From an uncultured Gammaproteobacteria bacterium (GTDB taxonomy: Bacteria > Patescibacteriota > Patescibacteriia > Magasanikbacterales > UBA922): a stretch of 60,308 bases of DNA. Within the stretch, counting starts at the first letter, position 1. Each line of letters starts with the position of its first letter. The position numbers and the translations under genes were made by a program. The notes below the pieces were generated by a model. It was not told the origin of the DNA and did not search any database. It saw nothing but the letters and a program-made list of their open reading frames with translations. Location: contig CAZMHV010000005.1 in assembly GCA_964566225.1 (NCBI GenBank), forward strand, positions 1-60,308, written 5' to 3'. Below are positions 17,033 through 25,280 of the stretch, one piece after another.

Positions 17033-18367
17033 ATGGCTCGTTCTTTCATGATTGCGTTCATGTGCTTTGTCCCCTCGATGTTTTGCTTCTTCGGATGTGA
17101 GACTCGGGTCACGACCAAGAATTTTCCCGACATGGCACGGACGATCGTCGAATTCGATGCGTCGTCGCAGACCGACATCGGAAACGACACCGGGAATCAT
17201 GTTTCGGGCCAGGTTTTCTTGCCGGCAGATGTGTCGGTGACGATCTCTGATGTGAAGGACTTCGGAGTCTCGGACATGATGTTTTCTGGTAGACGCGATG
17301 GTTTGCCAGATTCGACTCAAGTCGCTGACGTGTCTCCACTCCCACCCGAAGTGGACGCTTTCGTGAGCGAGGCTGATCTCGCTTACGAGCAAGACGCGAC
17401 TGTCGATGCAATCATCGACGCTACGCAGGAGGTTCTCGCCGACGTGGGAGTGGTCACTGACCAGTTTGTGAATCCCCCTCCGGCACAGCCAACCTGCGAG
17501 GTTGTCGAAGTCGAACAGGGCGGCCGTTGTTTCAATGGCTGTGATGACGACCTCGATGGTCTGCTTGATACGGACGATCCTTCGTGTGCGGGTAGCTGTG
17601 ACAAGCTCGACCCGTTTTGTGAAGGAGATCTCGTGTGCAACGACCTCACGGAAATGTGTGAGGAACCGATTCCGCTCGAGGCGCTCTATCCTGATTCGGG
17701 AGCGTGTGACCTCATGGAAGAGGTTCACCCCTGTCACAACCTCTGTGTTGGCGTTGTCAACATCGGGGAAACGTGTTTTTGGTCGGGTGGAGCCGTTGTT
17801 GCTGTCAAAGATGTCGATGCTGACCGCGTTCAAGATGAACCGGTTGTCCTCGACTTGCCAGTTGACAACTGCACGGCCTGGCCCAACGCCAATCAGGTTG
17901 ACACTGACGGAAATGGTGTCGGAGACTGGTGTGAACTTTCTGCTGAAGAACAGCAGGACACGGATCACGACCTCGTTCCTGATGGCGTTGACAACTGCCC
18001 TGGGTTCTACAACCCGTGGCAGTCTGACCAAGACCTCAATGGCATCGCTGACGAATGCGAGCTCATGCCGGAAGAGGGGTGTGAGGACGGTCTTCTCGAG
18101 ACAGAAGATCGATGGAACCCGAACCTGGTTTGGTGTGAGCACCGAGCCTTGGACAGTCTCTGGCATTTTTGGATTCACGTCTGTGGATTCGATCGAACCG
18201 GTGCGTGTGGGGCGTGTGATCCACCTCCACAAGAGTTTGAAACTTCGGTCGTCTACGAAGGATGGATGTGTACGGTCTATCCTGATCAAGACGGGGATGG
18301 CATCCCTGAGTCAGGAGAGGGCATTTTCGCCCAGTACCTCGACGAACCGTTCGTCGATCAACAGTAA
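17033..18367 (+). CDS. G+C-richer orphan gene (island 6): 444-aa acidic, Cys-rich putative lipoprotein with thrombospondin type-3 repeats
   Basis: Signal/lipobox MARSFMIAFMCFVPSMFCFFGC. TSP3-like NANQVDTDGNGVGDWCE and DTDHDLVPDGVDNCPGFYNPWQSDQDLNGIADECE. The antisense ORFs 16991..18289(-) and 17502..18512(+) are R/S/V-rich and were rejected. Confidence 0.75.
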   Translation: MARSFMIAFMCFVPSMFCFFGCETRVTTKNFPDMARTIVEFDASSQTDIGNDTGNHVSGQVFLPADVSVTISDVKDFGVSDMMFSGRRDGLPDSTQVADVSPLPPEVDAFVSEADLAYEQDATVDAIIDATQEVLADVGVVTDQFVNPPPAQPTCEVVEVEQGGRCFNGCDDDLDGLLDTDDPSCAGSCDKLDPFCEGDLVCNDLTEMCEEPIPLEALYPDSGACDLMEEVHPCHNLCVGVVNIGETCFWSGGAVVAVKDVDADRVQDEPVVLDLPVDNCTAWPNANQVDTDGNGVGDWCELSAEEQQDTDHDLVPDGVDNCPGFYNPWQSDQDLNGIADECELMPEEGCEDGLLETEDRWNPNLVWCEHRALDSLWHFWIHVCGFDRTGACGACDPPPQEFETSVVYEGWMCTVYPDQDGDGIPESGEGIFAQYLDEPFVDQQ

Positions 18368-18454
18368 CGTTCGCTTTTGGAGGAGCGAACGTACTTGGCG
18401 TTCGAACAACGAACGCCACATGAAAAAGATCTTCTCTCTTGAGGAGATTTTTTT
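18368..18454 (+). terminator. three tandem hairpins after the island-6 gene; the last is a T-run terminator
   Basis: CGTTCGCT..AGCGAACG (18368-18391); GGCGTTCG..CGAACGCC (18397-18417); ATCTTCTCtcttGAGGAGATtttttt (18429-18454). The first two share the same 8-mer, so alternative pairing is possible. Confidence 0.55.
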
Positions 18455-18529
18455 ATGGAAAGATTTTACTAGACAGAAAGTTGGGGAAAGGTGTATAATT
18501 TATAACAATTAATATTATAGAAAGATTGT

Positions 18530-19156
18530 ATGAAAAAGATATTTATAGTTGTGTTGCTTTTCGGTTTTGTTTTTCCATCACTTGTGTTGGCCGCGCCACT
18601 CACTGGTGCAAACTCAAATGTAGGAGTGTATTATAATAGTGAGTCAGCATTAGACGATACAAATGATGCCAATGATGCCGATGAGGCAGGGGATGTAAGT
18701 TGGGTAAATGCGGGTGGAAACTATTCATATATTGGTTATACAAATTCAAAGTTTAATAAAGTTTATCTTGATATAGAAACTGAATCAGCGCTGGCGGCAG
18801 GAATGGATTATGATTTGAACATTGAATATTACAATGGAAATTCTTGGGTCTTACTCACTACTATTGCAGGAAATCAAAATCCATTTCGTTCAGCAGGAGT
18901 GAAAAATTTTAGCTTTACTCCACCAGCTGACTGGGCGGAGACAACTCCAGAGATGAGTGAGAGTATTCCAAGTGCTTATTTTATTCGTATTGGCGATGGT
19001 TCTCAGGGTGCATCTTTAAATCAGATTTCTATTTTTCGAGTTGATGTTGGAGGTGAGTCAGTTCCTGAATTTAATACATATCTGTACATACTCTGTTTGG
19101 CTCTTGGTGGATGGTTTCTTACTTTGCAAGTAAAAAAATATCAACTCCACTCATAA
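18530..19156 (+). CDS. secreted protein with a C-terminal PEF-motif / TM / basic tail (possible sorting signal)
   Basis: Signal peptide MKKIFIVVLLFGFVFPSLVLA. The C-terminus is GGESVPEFNTYLYILCLALGGWFLTLQVKKYQLHS. Confidence 0.65.
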   Translation: MKKIFIVVLLFGFVFPSLVLAAPLTGANSNVGVYYNSESALDDTNDANDADEAGDVSWVNAGGNYSYIGYTNSKFNKVYLDIETESALAAGMDYDLNIEYYNGNSWVLLTTIAGNQNPFRSAGVKNFSFTPPADWAETTPEMSESIPSAYFIRIGDGSQGASLNQISIFRVDVGGESVPEFNTYLYILCLALGGWFLTLQVKKYQLHS

Positions 19157-19168
19157 AGATATATAAAG

Positions 19169-19196
19169 ACCGCCCTCCACAAAAGGGTGGTTTTGT
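19169..19196 (+). terminator. intrinsic terminator
   Basis: ACCGCCCtccacaaaaGGGTGGTtttgtt: a 7-bp stem with one G-U pair. Confidence 0.5.
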
Positions 19197-19213
19197 TATA
19201 GAATAGATGAACT

Positions 19214-20488
19214 ATGGATCAACCCTCTCTTTTTGCTAGCCCAAATATTCTTTCAGTCACCGAATTTCTCGGGGGGCTTAATTTGTTGCTCTCAGAAATG
19301 GGAATAGTAAAAGTTAAGGGTGAAATTTGTAATATTAGTTTACGCAGTAGTTATGGATTTTTTTCCATCAAAGAGTCTACTCCAGGCGCCAAGTCCGATG
19401 CCATGGTCGGATGCTTTCTTGGATGGAAACACATGAGTCGTGTGCAGCACCTCTTGCAAAATGGAATGGAAGTGGTGATTTCGGGTACGGCAAATATTTA
19501 TGTGCCCAATGGGAGTTTTCGTATTGATGTTGCTAATATTGAACCTGTTGGTGAAGGAGCCCTCCAAAAAGCGTTTGAAGCGTTGAAGTTGAAGTTGTCT
19601 GAAAAAGGATATTTTGATGTTACTCGTAAACGCGCAATTCCAGAGTTTGTGAAACACGTTGGGATGATTACATCCATGAGTGGTGCCGCGGTGATTGATT
19701 TTCAAAAAAATTTGGAGCCGCAGGGATTGCAGATTGAATACCTGGATGTGCGTGTAGAGGGAGACTCGGCCGAAGATTCCATTGTGCGAGCGATTAAAAA
19801 ATTTAATGAAATGCGACCACAGATTGACGCGCTCGTGCTTATTCGTGGTGGAGGAAGTTACGAAAGTTTGAAAGCCTTCAATAGTGAAGCAGTCGCTGAT
19901 GCTATTTATTTTTCGCGCATTCCTGTGATTACGGGTATTGGTCATGAACGCGATGATACGATTGCAGATTTTGTGGCTGATGTGCGTTGCTCTACGCCAA
20001 CAGCCGTGGCAGCGTTTTTGCAAACCAAACGCGAAGGTTTATTTTCTGTGCTGAGTAATTTAGAAAATGAATTGGTGTATTCATTTGACGGAATCTTTGA
20101 TGAACAAAAGTTAATTCTCGCTCACGAAACACAAAAGTTGATACGAAATTTTGAAATGGTGTTACAGCGTGATGAAACAGTGGTGCAGAATTTGGAATAT
20201 GGTTTACAAAGTGGGTTTCAATATATTTTTAATAATTTTCATTCGCTTGAGGAACGATTTTTTCGAGCTGGTTATGAATTTGAGTCGAACTTGCATTTGT
20301 CACTCCAAAAAGTAGAAAGTTTTGCAACTCAATTGCAGGTGCTCAACCCCGAGGCAATTTTGGAGCGGGGATATAGTATTGCATATAATGAAAAGGGGAA
20401 AGTGGTGAAGAGTGTGAAAGGTGTCGCTGCTGGGGATATTTTGAATTTGCGAGTATCAGATGGAACCATAAAAACAAAAGCAGCCTAA
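19214..20488 (+). CDS. xseA: exodeoxyribonuclease VII large subunit
   Basis: N-terminal OB-fold region, then LIRGGGSYESLKAFNSEAVADAIYFSRIPVITGIGHERDDTIADFVAD, typical of XseA; 424 aa. Confidence 0.85.
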   Translation: MDQPSLFASPNILSVTEFLGGLNLLLSEMGIVKVKGEICNISLRSSYGFFSIKESTPGAKSDAMVGCFLGWKHMSRVQHLLQNGMEVVISGTANIYVPNGSFRIDVANIEPVGEGALQKAFEALKLKLSEKGYFDVTRKRAIPEFVKHVGMITSMSGAAVIDFQKNLEPQGLQIEYLDVRVEGDSAEDSIVRAIKKFNEMRPQIDALVLIRGGGSYESLKAFNSEAVADAIYFSRIPVITGIGHERDDTIADFVADVRCSTPTAVAAFLQTKREGLFSVLSNLENELVYSFDGIFDEQKLILAHETQKLIRNFEMVLQRDETVVQNLEYGLQSGFQYIFNNFHSLEERFFRAGYEFESNLHLSLQKVESFATQLQVLNPEAILERGYSIAYNEKGKVVKSVKGVAAGDILNLRVSDGTIKTKAA

Positions 20489-20584
20489 TGTTTAAGCTGC
20501 TTTGGAGTCCATCCGAGTCTTCCTGCCTCGGGTGCTCCCTCCTTTCGTTTGATTGTGTTGCTTGTCCAGTCTGTGGTTCGTGCC

Positions 20585-20869
20585 CTAGTTGTCCAGCATG
20601 AGTTGCGTGACCACCGGGGCGAACTGACCGAGGAGCCACCCCGTGAGGCCGCCGTCCTTCCGCATCAGCGTCAGCTCGATGAGGGAGTGGATGAGACTCC
20701 TCATCATCGGATCTTCGGGGACGGGGAAGGGGCGAACCACGATGCCCGCGATGTGTCCGTCGTCGAACTCGGTCATGGCATCGTGCTTGTCCTCTCTCCT
20801 CGAGAAGTTGAACGAGCCGTCGTCCATCTTCACGATCCACCTCGGCAACGCCTCCATGAATTCTGTCAT
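20585..20869 (-). CDS. G+C-richer orphan gene (island 7): 94-aa protein of unknown function
   Basis: Inner ATG (comp 20867-20869) with GGAGGA 5 nt upstream. Translation is MTEFMEALPRWIVKMDDGSFNFSRREDKHDAMTEFDDGHIAGIVVRPFPVPEDPMMRSLIHSLIELTLMRKDGGLTGWLLGQFAPVVTQLMLDN. On the - strand a hairpin (AGCAGC..GCTGCT plus T-run) follows, overlapping the xseA stop. Confidence 0.6.
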   Translation of the reverse strand: MTEFMEALPRWIVKMDDGSFNFSRREDKHDAMTEFDDGHIAGIVVRPFPVPEDPMMRSLIHSLIELTLMRKDGGLTGWLLGQFAPVVTQLMLDN

Positions 20870-20951
20870 CGCATTCCTCCACGGCACAAGTTTGGTGTGC
20901 CTCTCTTGTTTGCCCTCAAGCAAGCCAAAGAGACATATCAAATGATAAGCG

Positions 20952-20980
20952 AATTTAGCACAGTTTATTCTTTTTGTCAA
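20952..20980 (-). promoter_or_regulatory. sigma70-type promoter for the island-7 gene
   Basis: On the - strand: TTGACA (comp 20975-20980), 17-nt spacer, TAAATT (comp 20952-20957). Confidence 0.5.
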
Positions 20981-21033
20981 GGTTGCAGAAAGAGTATATT
21001 TCAGGTACAGTAAAATAATAAACTCACTTTTCT

Positions 21034-21249
21034 ATGCCAAAACAAAGCAAAATCACCCTTCAGCAAGCCCTCAAAGACCTCGAAAAAATCGTCGAATCCC
21101 TGAACAGCAAAGACCTCGACGTTGAAGAAGGCATGGAGCAATTCAAAAAAGGAGTCGAACTCATTCAGTTTTGTCGTGGCCAGCTCAAGGCAGCGGAGAA
21201 TCAGTTTAAAGAGTTGAAAGCAAAGCTCGAAGATGATGATCAAGAGTAA
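21034..21249 (+). CDS. xseB: exodeoxyribonuclease VII small subunit
   Basis: 71 aa; LEKIVESLNSKDLDVEEGMEQFKKGVELIQFCRGQL fits the XseB helical pattern. Confidence 0.8.
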   Translation: MPKQSKITLQQALKDLEKIVESLNSKDLDVEEGMEQFKKGVELIQFCRGQLKAAENQFKELKAKLEDDDQE

Positions 21250-21282
21250 TTCTAGAATATTTATTGTGTAACCCACCCCCGT

Positions 21283-23136
21283 ATGTCAGTCCTCCACCGT
21301 CTCAAAAGCTTGTCGATAAAAAACATTTTTGACACCATTGTAGCCATGGTCAGACGGTTTCCTTTGGTGGTTCTCACAACCATACTCGGAACCAGCATGG
21401 GAGTATATGCCATTGAACTTGGGTCAGTGCTGAATGACAATATTCAAATCGCCCAAAAAGTTTTGCTCATGTCACTCTTAGGGGCACCAATTTTTTTGGC
21501 TCTTACTTTGTGGCGTGAAAGGTTTACACCAAAAGAATTTATTGCTTGGATTTTGCAATTTGGTGGCATTGTTTTTCTCACCCGGTATTATTTTTTGTTA
21601 CCCAAAGGACCTGAAGACTTTTCTACACCACAAATAATCACTCTCATTTTACTCAATGTAATTTCTTGGCTACTTGTTTTGGCTGTTCCGTTTTTCAAAA
21701 AAGAAAATAATACTGCGCATTGGAGATATATTGAAACATTAGTCATCTGGTTTTTTGTAACCGGAATTTTTTCCGCGACACTTTTTGCAGGACTCGCGCT
21801 TTCTTTGTGGGCAGTTGACTATTTGTTTAGTGTAAACTGGGACGAAGAAACCTATGTGCAACTGTGGAGTGTAATCGTAGGAATTTTTGCCACTTGGTTC
21901 TTTCTCTGTCGTTTTCCCAAACAGCCACAAGAACTTGATAAAAATTTTTCTTTTCCAGCTATACTGCGTATCTTTGTTCAGTTTATTTTAGTTCCGCTTC
22001 TGTCTATTTTTTATGTTATTTTGTACGCTTATACTGGCAAGATTTTGGTAACACAAAATTGGCCACTTGGTGGCGTTGCTGTGTGGATCCTTGCCTTTTC
22101 CATCACTGGAGTTATTACGTACCTCATCGGGCAGCCAATGATTCAGCACCATGAATACCCTTGGCTCAAAAAGTTTTTTGCTTTCTTTTTTGGCTTGATT
22201 CTTCCTCTCACCATCGTCCTCTTCATGTCTATTGGGATTCGTATTCAGGAGTATGGGGTGACAGAACCACGTTACCTGGTAGTAGTTTTTGGACTGTGGC
22301 TTATTGCGGTTGCTCTCTATTATCTTTTGAGCAAAAATAAAGAAATTAAATTTGCATTGCTACTTACGGCTTCAGTTTTTTTGGGCTCTCTCGTTGGACC
22401 ATGGAGTATGTTTAATGTGTCAGTACAAAGTCAGTACAATCGTTTGCAAACACTTCTTATTGAAAATAAAATTTTGGTAGATGGGAAAATTGAAAAAGTG
22501 GATAAAGATACCAAAATTGATGGAAAGGTTTTACAAAGTATTCGTTCACAAATTGTATTTTTGGCTGATCATGATGCCGTAGATAAAATCCAAAAATGGT
22601 TTATGGATGATTTAAAGCAAGATCCTAAAGATTTTGAAAGTGATGAACACCGCGTAAGAGGCTATGTGATTGCAAACAATGCCATGAAAGAAATGGGACT
22701 TGATAAACGTCCTACTTCATACAATGATGGTTATTTTTCATATTCAAATCATATCAATAAAGTGATTGCTACAGAAACCTATGAGTATTTTTTGCAAGAA
22801 ATTCGTTTCCCCTATGACACGAATATGAATAACTCGGGTGAAAAATATTTTGACCTTGGAAGTCGAAAGTTGCAAATGACTTTTGCTGAGGGAGTCCTCA
22901 AAGTTTATGAAAATAATATTTTGCTTGGAGAAAAAAATCTGAATGAGTATGCAATTGCATTGAAACAAAAATATGGACAAGAAGTAAAAACAGATGTTCT
23001 TGCAAATGAAATGGTTGTTGAAATTCAAAATGAAAAAATTCAAATGAAAATGTATCTCTCGTATCTTTCTGGAGATGAAAAAGAAGCGGTAAGAGTGACA
23101 TACTTCAATGCTATCGGGTTTGTTTCTTTGAAGTAG
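21283..23136 (+). CDS. polytopic membrane protein (about 10 TM helices) with a soluble C-terminal domain; possibly DUF4153-like
   Basis: 617 aa. Hydrophobic helices run through about residue 380, followed by a hydrophilic tail. The family guess is weak. Confidence 0.6.
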   Translation: MSVLHRLKSLSIKNIFDTIVAMVRRFPLVVLTTILGTSMGVYAIELGSVLNDNIQIAQKVLLMSLLGAPIFLALTLWRERFTPKEFIAWILQFGGIVFLTRYYFLLPKGPEDFSTPQIITLILLNVISWLLVLAVPFFKKENNTAHWRYIETLVIWFFVTGIFSATLFAGLALSLWAVDYLFSVNWDEETYVQLWSVIVGIFATWFFLCRFPKQPQELDKNFSFPAILRIFVQFILVPLLSIFYVILYAYTGKILVTQNWPLGGVAVWILAFSITGVITYLIGQPMIQHHEYPWLKKFFAFFFGLILPLTIVLFMSIGIRIQEYGVTEPRYLVVVFGLWLIAVALYYLLSKNKEIKFALLLTASVFLGSLVGPWSMFNVSVQSQYNRLQTLLIENKILVDGKIEKVDKDTKIDGKVLQSIRSQIVFLADHDAVDKIQKWFMDDLKQDPKDFESDEHRVRGYVIANNAMKEMGLDKRPTSYNDGYFSYSNHINKVIATETYEYFLQEIRFPYDTNMNNSGEKYFDLGSRKLQMTFAEGVLKVYENNILLGEKNLNEYAIALKQKYGQEVKTDVLANEMVVEIQNEKIQMKMYLSYLSGDEKEAVRVTYFNAIGFVSLK

Positions 23137-23212
23137 ATATCGAAGAGAGACTCTCTTCACTTGATGGGAAATTTATGGGATACTATGGGTACCTTTTTGT
23201 AATTATTTGTAT

Positions 23213-25054
23213 ATGAACACCAAACTTGCTGAACTCACCAAGTTGATTCGCTATTACATTCTCACTTCTACTACTGCCGCAGGCTCGGGTCACCCATCGT
23301 CATCACTCTCGGGCGTTGAATTCATGACCACCCTCATGTTTGGTGGAATTTTCAAAGCAGATTTGAATGACGTAAATAATCCAAACAACGATCGCCTTAT
23401 TTTTTCCAAAGGCCATGCTTCACCGTTGTTTTATGCATTGTATGCAGCGGCAGGAAAAGTAACTGAAAAAGAACTTTTGACGCTCCGTCAGTTTACGAGT
23501 CGTCTTGAAGGGCATCCAACTTTGGAGTTTCCCTATACTGAAGTAGCAACGGGTTCACTTGGCCAGGGTCTCTCTGTAGGCGTTGGAATGGCCATAAATG
23601 CGAAGTATTTAGATAAATTGTCATACAAGACCTATGTTCTGCTCGGAGACAGTGAAATGGCCGAGGGAAGCGTGTGGGAGGCCATGGAGATTGGGGCGCA
23701 CTACAAGCTAGACAATTTGGTAGGAATTTTGGATTTGAATCGTTTGGGACAACGTGGCGAAACTCTGTATGGGCACCATACTGAGCAGTTCAAAAAGAAA
23801 GCCGAAGCGTTTGGATGGGAAGCGATTGTGGTGAAAGATGGAAATTCTCTCGAGCAGTGTGCTGATGCTTTTGCAAAAGCATCGAAAGTGAAAGAGAAAC
23901 CAGTCATGATTATTGGGAAGACACTCAAGGGTAAGGGCGTGTCATTTATTGAAAACAAAGATGGCTGGCATGGAAAACCTCTTTCTAAAGAAGAATGTGA
24001 AAAAGCACTTCTTGAATTTGGTGCTGTTAATAAAAAACTAGTTGGAAAGGTAAAAGCACCAAAGAGTGGGAAAAAGATAAATGTAAAATTAGGGGAAGTT
24101 GCTTTAACAGACTATCCAAAAGATAAAAATGTTTCTACCCGCAAAGCCTATGGCAATGCCTTGGTAAATAGTTACATCAAACACTCAAACATGGTCGTCC
24201 TCGACGCCGAGACCAGCAACTCCACTTTTGCCGAAACTTTCAAAAAAGTTCATCCCGAAAAATTCTTTGAAATGTTTATTGCCGAACAAAATATGGCGAG
24301 TGTTGCACTTGGTCTTTCACGCCGTGGCAAAATTCCTTTTGTTTCTACCTTTGCAGCATTTTTCACTCGTGCCTGCGATCAAATTCGCATGGGGCAATAC
24401 AGTAATTCCAATGTAAAATTTGTTGGTTCACATGCGGGAGTTTCTATTGGTGAAGATGGCGCTTCGCAAATGGCGCTTGAAGATATTTCCATGTTTCGCG
24501 CTGTTCGTGACAGTGTGGTTTTCTATCCATCAGATGCTGTCTCCACCGAACGACTCGTTGAAGCAGCCGCTGCGCATCACGGCATGGTTTACATTCGTAC
24601 TACCCGCATGGATACCCCGATTCTCTATTCATCCAAAGAAAAATTTGTGATGGGTGGAAGTAAAACACTTCGCAGTAGTAGTAACGATGTTGTCACGGTT
24701 ATTGGTTGTGGCGTGACATTGCACGAATCGCTCAAAGCGTACGATGAATTGCAAAAGCAAGGCGTGAACATTCGTGTTGTCGACCTGTACAGCGTCAAAC
24801 CACTCGATGCTAAGATGCTTGAAAAGGCAGTGAAAGAAACCAAAGCGATTATTACTGTGGAAGATCATCACCATGAAGGTGGAATTGGTGAAGCCGTGAT
24901 GTATGCGTTGAATAATGTGGTGAAAAAACAAATTCCAGTCCATGTACTTGCTGTTGGGAAGCAGCCACGGAGTGGAAAGCCACAAGAGCTTCTCGATTTT
25001 GAAGAAATTTCAGCAAAGGCGATTGTCAAAAAGGTGAAAGAGGTAATCAAATAA
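23213..25054 (+). CDS. tkt: transketolase
   Basis: AAGSGHPSSSLS, FSKGHASPLFYALYAAAG, LGDSEMAEGSVWEA (TPP binding), FIAEQNMASVALG. ATG at 23213 (the track start is TTG at 23207). Confidence 0.9.
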   Translation: MNTKLAELTKLIRYYILTSTTAAGSGHPSSSLSGVEFMTTLMFGGIFKADLNDVNNPNNDRLIFSKGHASPLFYALYAAAGKVTEKELLTLRQFTSRLEGHPTLEFPYTEVATGSLGQGLSVGVGMAINAKYLDKLSYKTYVLLGDSEMAEGSVWEAMEIGAHYKLDNLVGILDLNRLGQRGETLYGHHTEQFKKKAEAFGWEAIVVKDGNSLEQCADAFAKASKVKEKPVMIIGKTLKGKGVSFIENKDGWHGKPLSKEECEKALLEFGAVNKKLVGKVKAPKSGKKINVKLGEVALTDYPKDKNVSTRKAYGNALVNSYIKHSNMVVLDAETSNSTFAETFKKVHPEKFFEMFIAEQNMASVALGLSRRGKIPFVSTFAAFFTRACDQIRMGQYSNSNVKFVGSHAGVSIGEDGASQMALEDISMFRAVRDSVVFYPSDAVSTERLVEAAAAHHGMVYIRTTRMDTPILYSSKEKFVMGGSKTLRSSSNDVVTVIGCGVTLHESLKAYDELQKQGVNIRVVDLYSVKPLDAKMLEKAVKETKAIITVEDHHHEGGIGEAVMYALNNVVKKQIPVHVLAVGKQPRSGKPQELLDFEEISAKAIVKKVKEVIK

Positions 25055-25064
25055 AATATTGAAA

Positions 25065-25095
25065 CAAAAAATACGGTGACGAACCGTATTTTTTG
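25065..25095 (+). terminator. intrinsic terminator of tkt
   Basis: aaaaaATACGGTgacgaACCGTATttttt. Confidence 0.7.
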
Positions 25096-25106
25096 TAAAA
25101 ATCACA

Positions 25107-25135
25107 TTGACAAAACGCCTTTTTTGTGCTATAAT
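25107..25135 (+). promoter_or_regulatory. consensus sigma70 promoter (native)
   Basis: TTGACA, 17-nt spacer, TATAAT. Confidence 0.65.
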
Positions 25136-25168
25136 ACACTTATAAAAATACAAAAATAAACACAAAAT

Positions 25169-25271
25169 ATGAAAATTTATTCTTCGTTTCTCGGTAGTAT
25201 CCGAAATTTTCTTTTTGTCTGTGTTCGCTGTTGAAATTTTGTCCCAGTCATCTTTGTGATGACTTTTTTTA
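25169..25271 (+). promoter_or_regulatory. leader region: 21-codon uORF followed by a terminator-like hairpin just before the DUF2207-like gene start
   Basis: uORF 25169-25234 encodes MKIYSSFLGSIRNFLFVCVRC. Hairpin AGTCATCtttgtGATGACT (25246-25264) is followed by a 6-T run, ending 10 nt before the ATG at 25281. Confidence 0.4.
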
Positions 25272-25280
25272 TTGCGTTTT

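Noticed and set aside
16991-18512. 432-aa antisense ORF 16991..18289(-), 336-aa ORF 17502..18512(+) and 18063..18419(-) in island 6
   Set aside because: They are Arg/Ser/Val-rich with no motifs. The + frame 17033..18367 has a lipobox, thrombospondin type-3 repeats, an RBS and a promoter.
20585-20980. The long form of the island-7 ORF (131 aa, start at 20980)
   Set aside because: That start lies inside the predicted -35 element and in A+T-rich sequence. The inner ATG at 20869 has a GGAGGA RBS at ideal spacing and coincides with the compositional switch.
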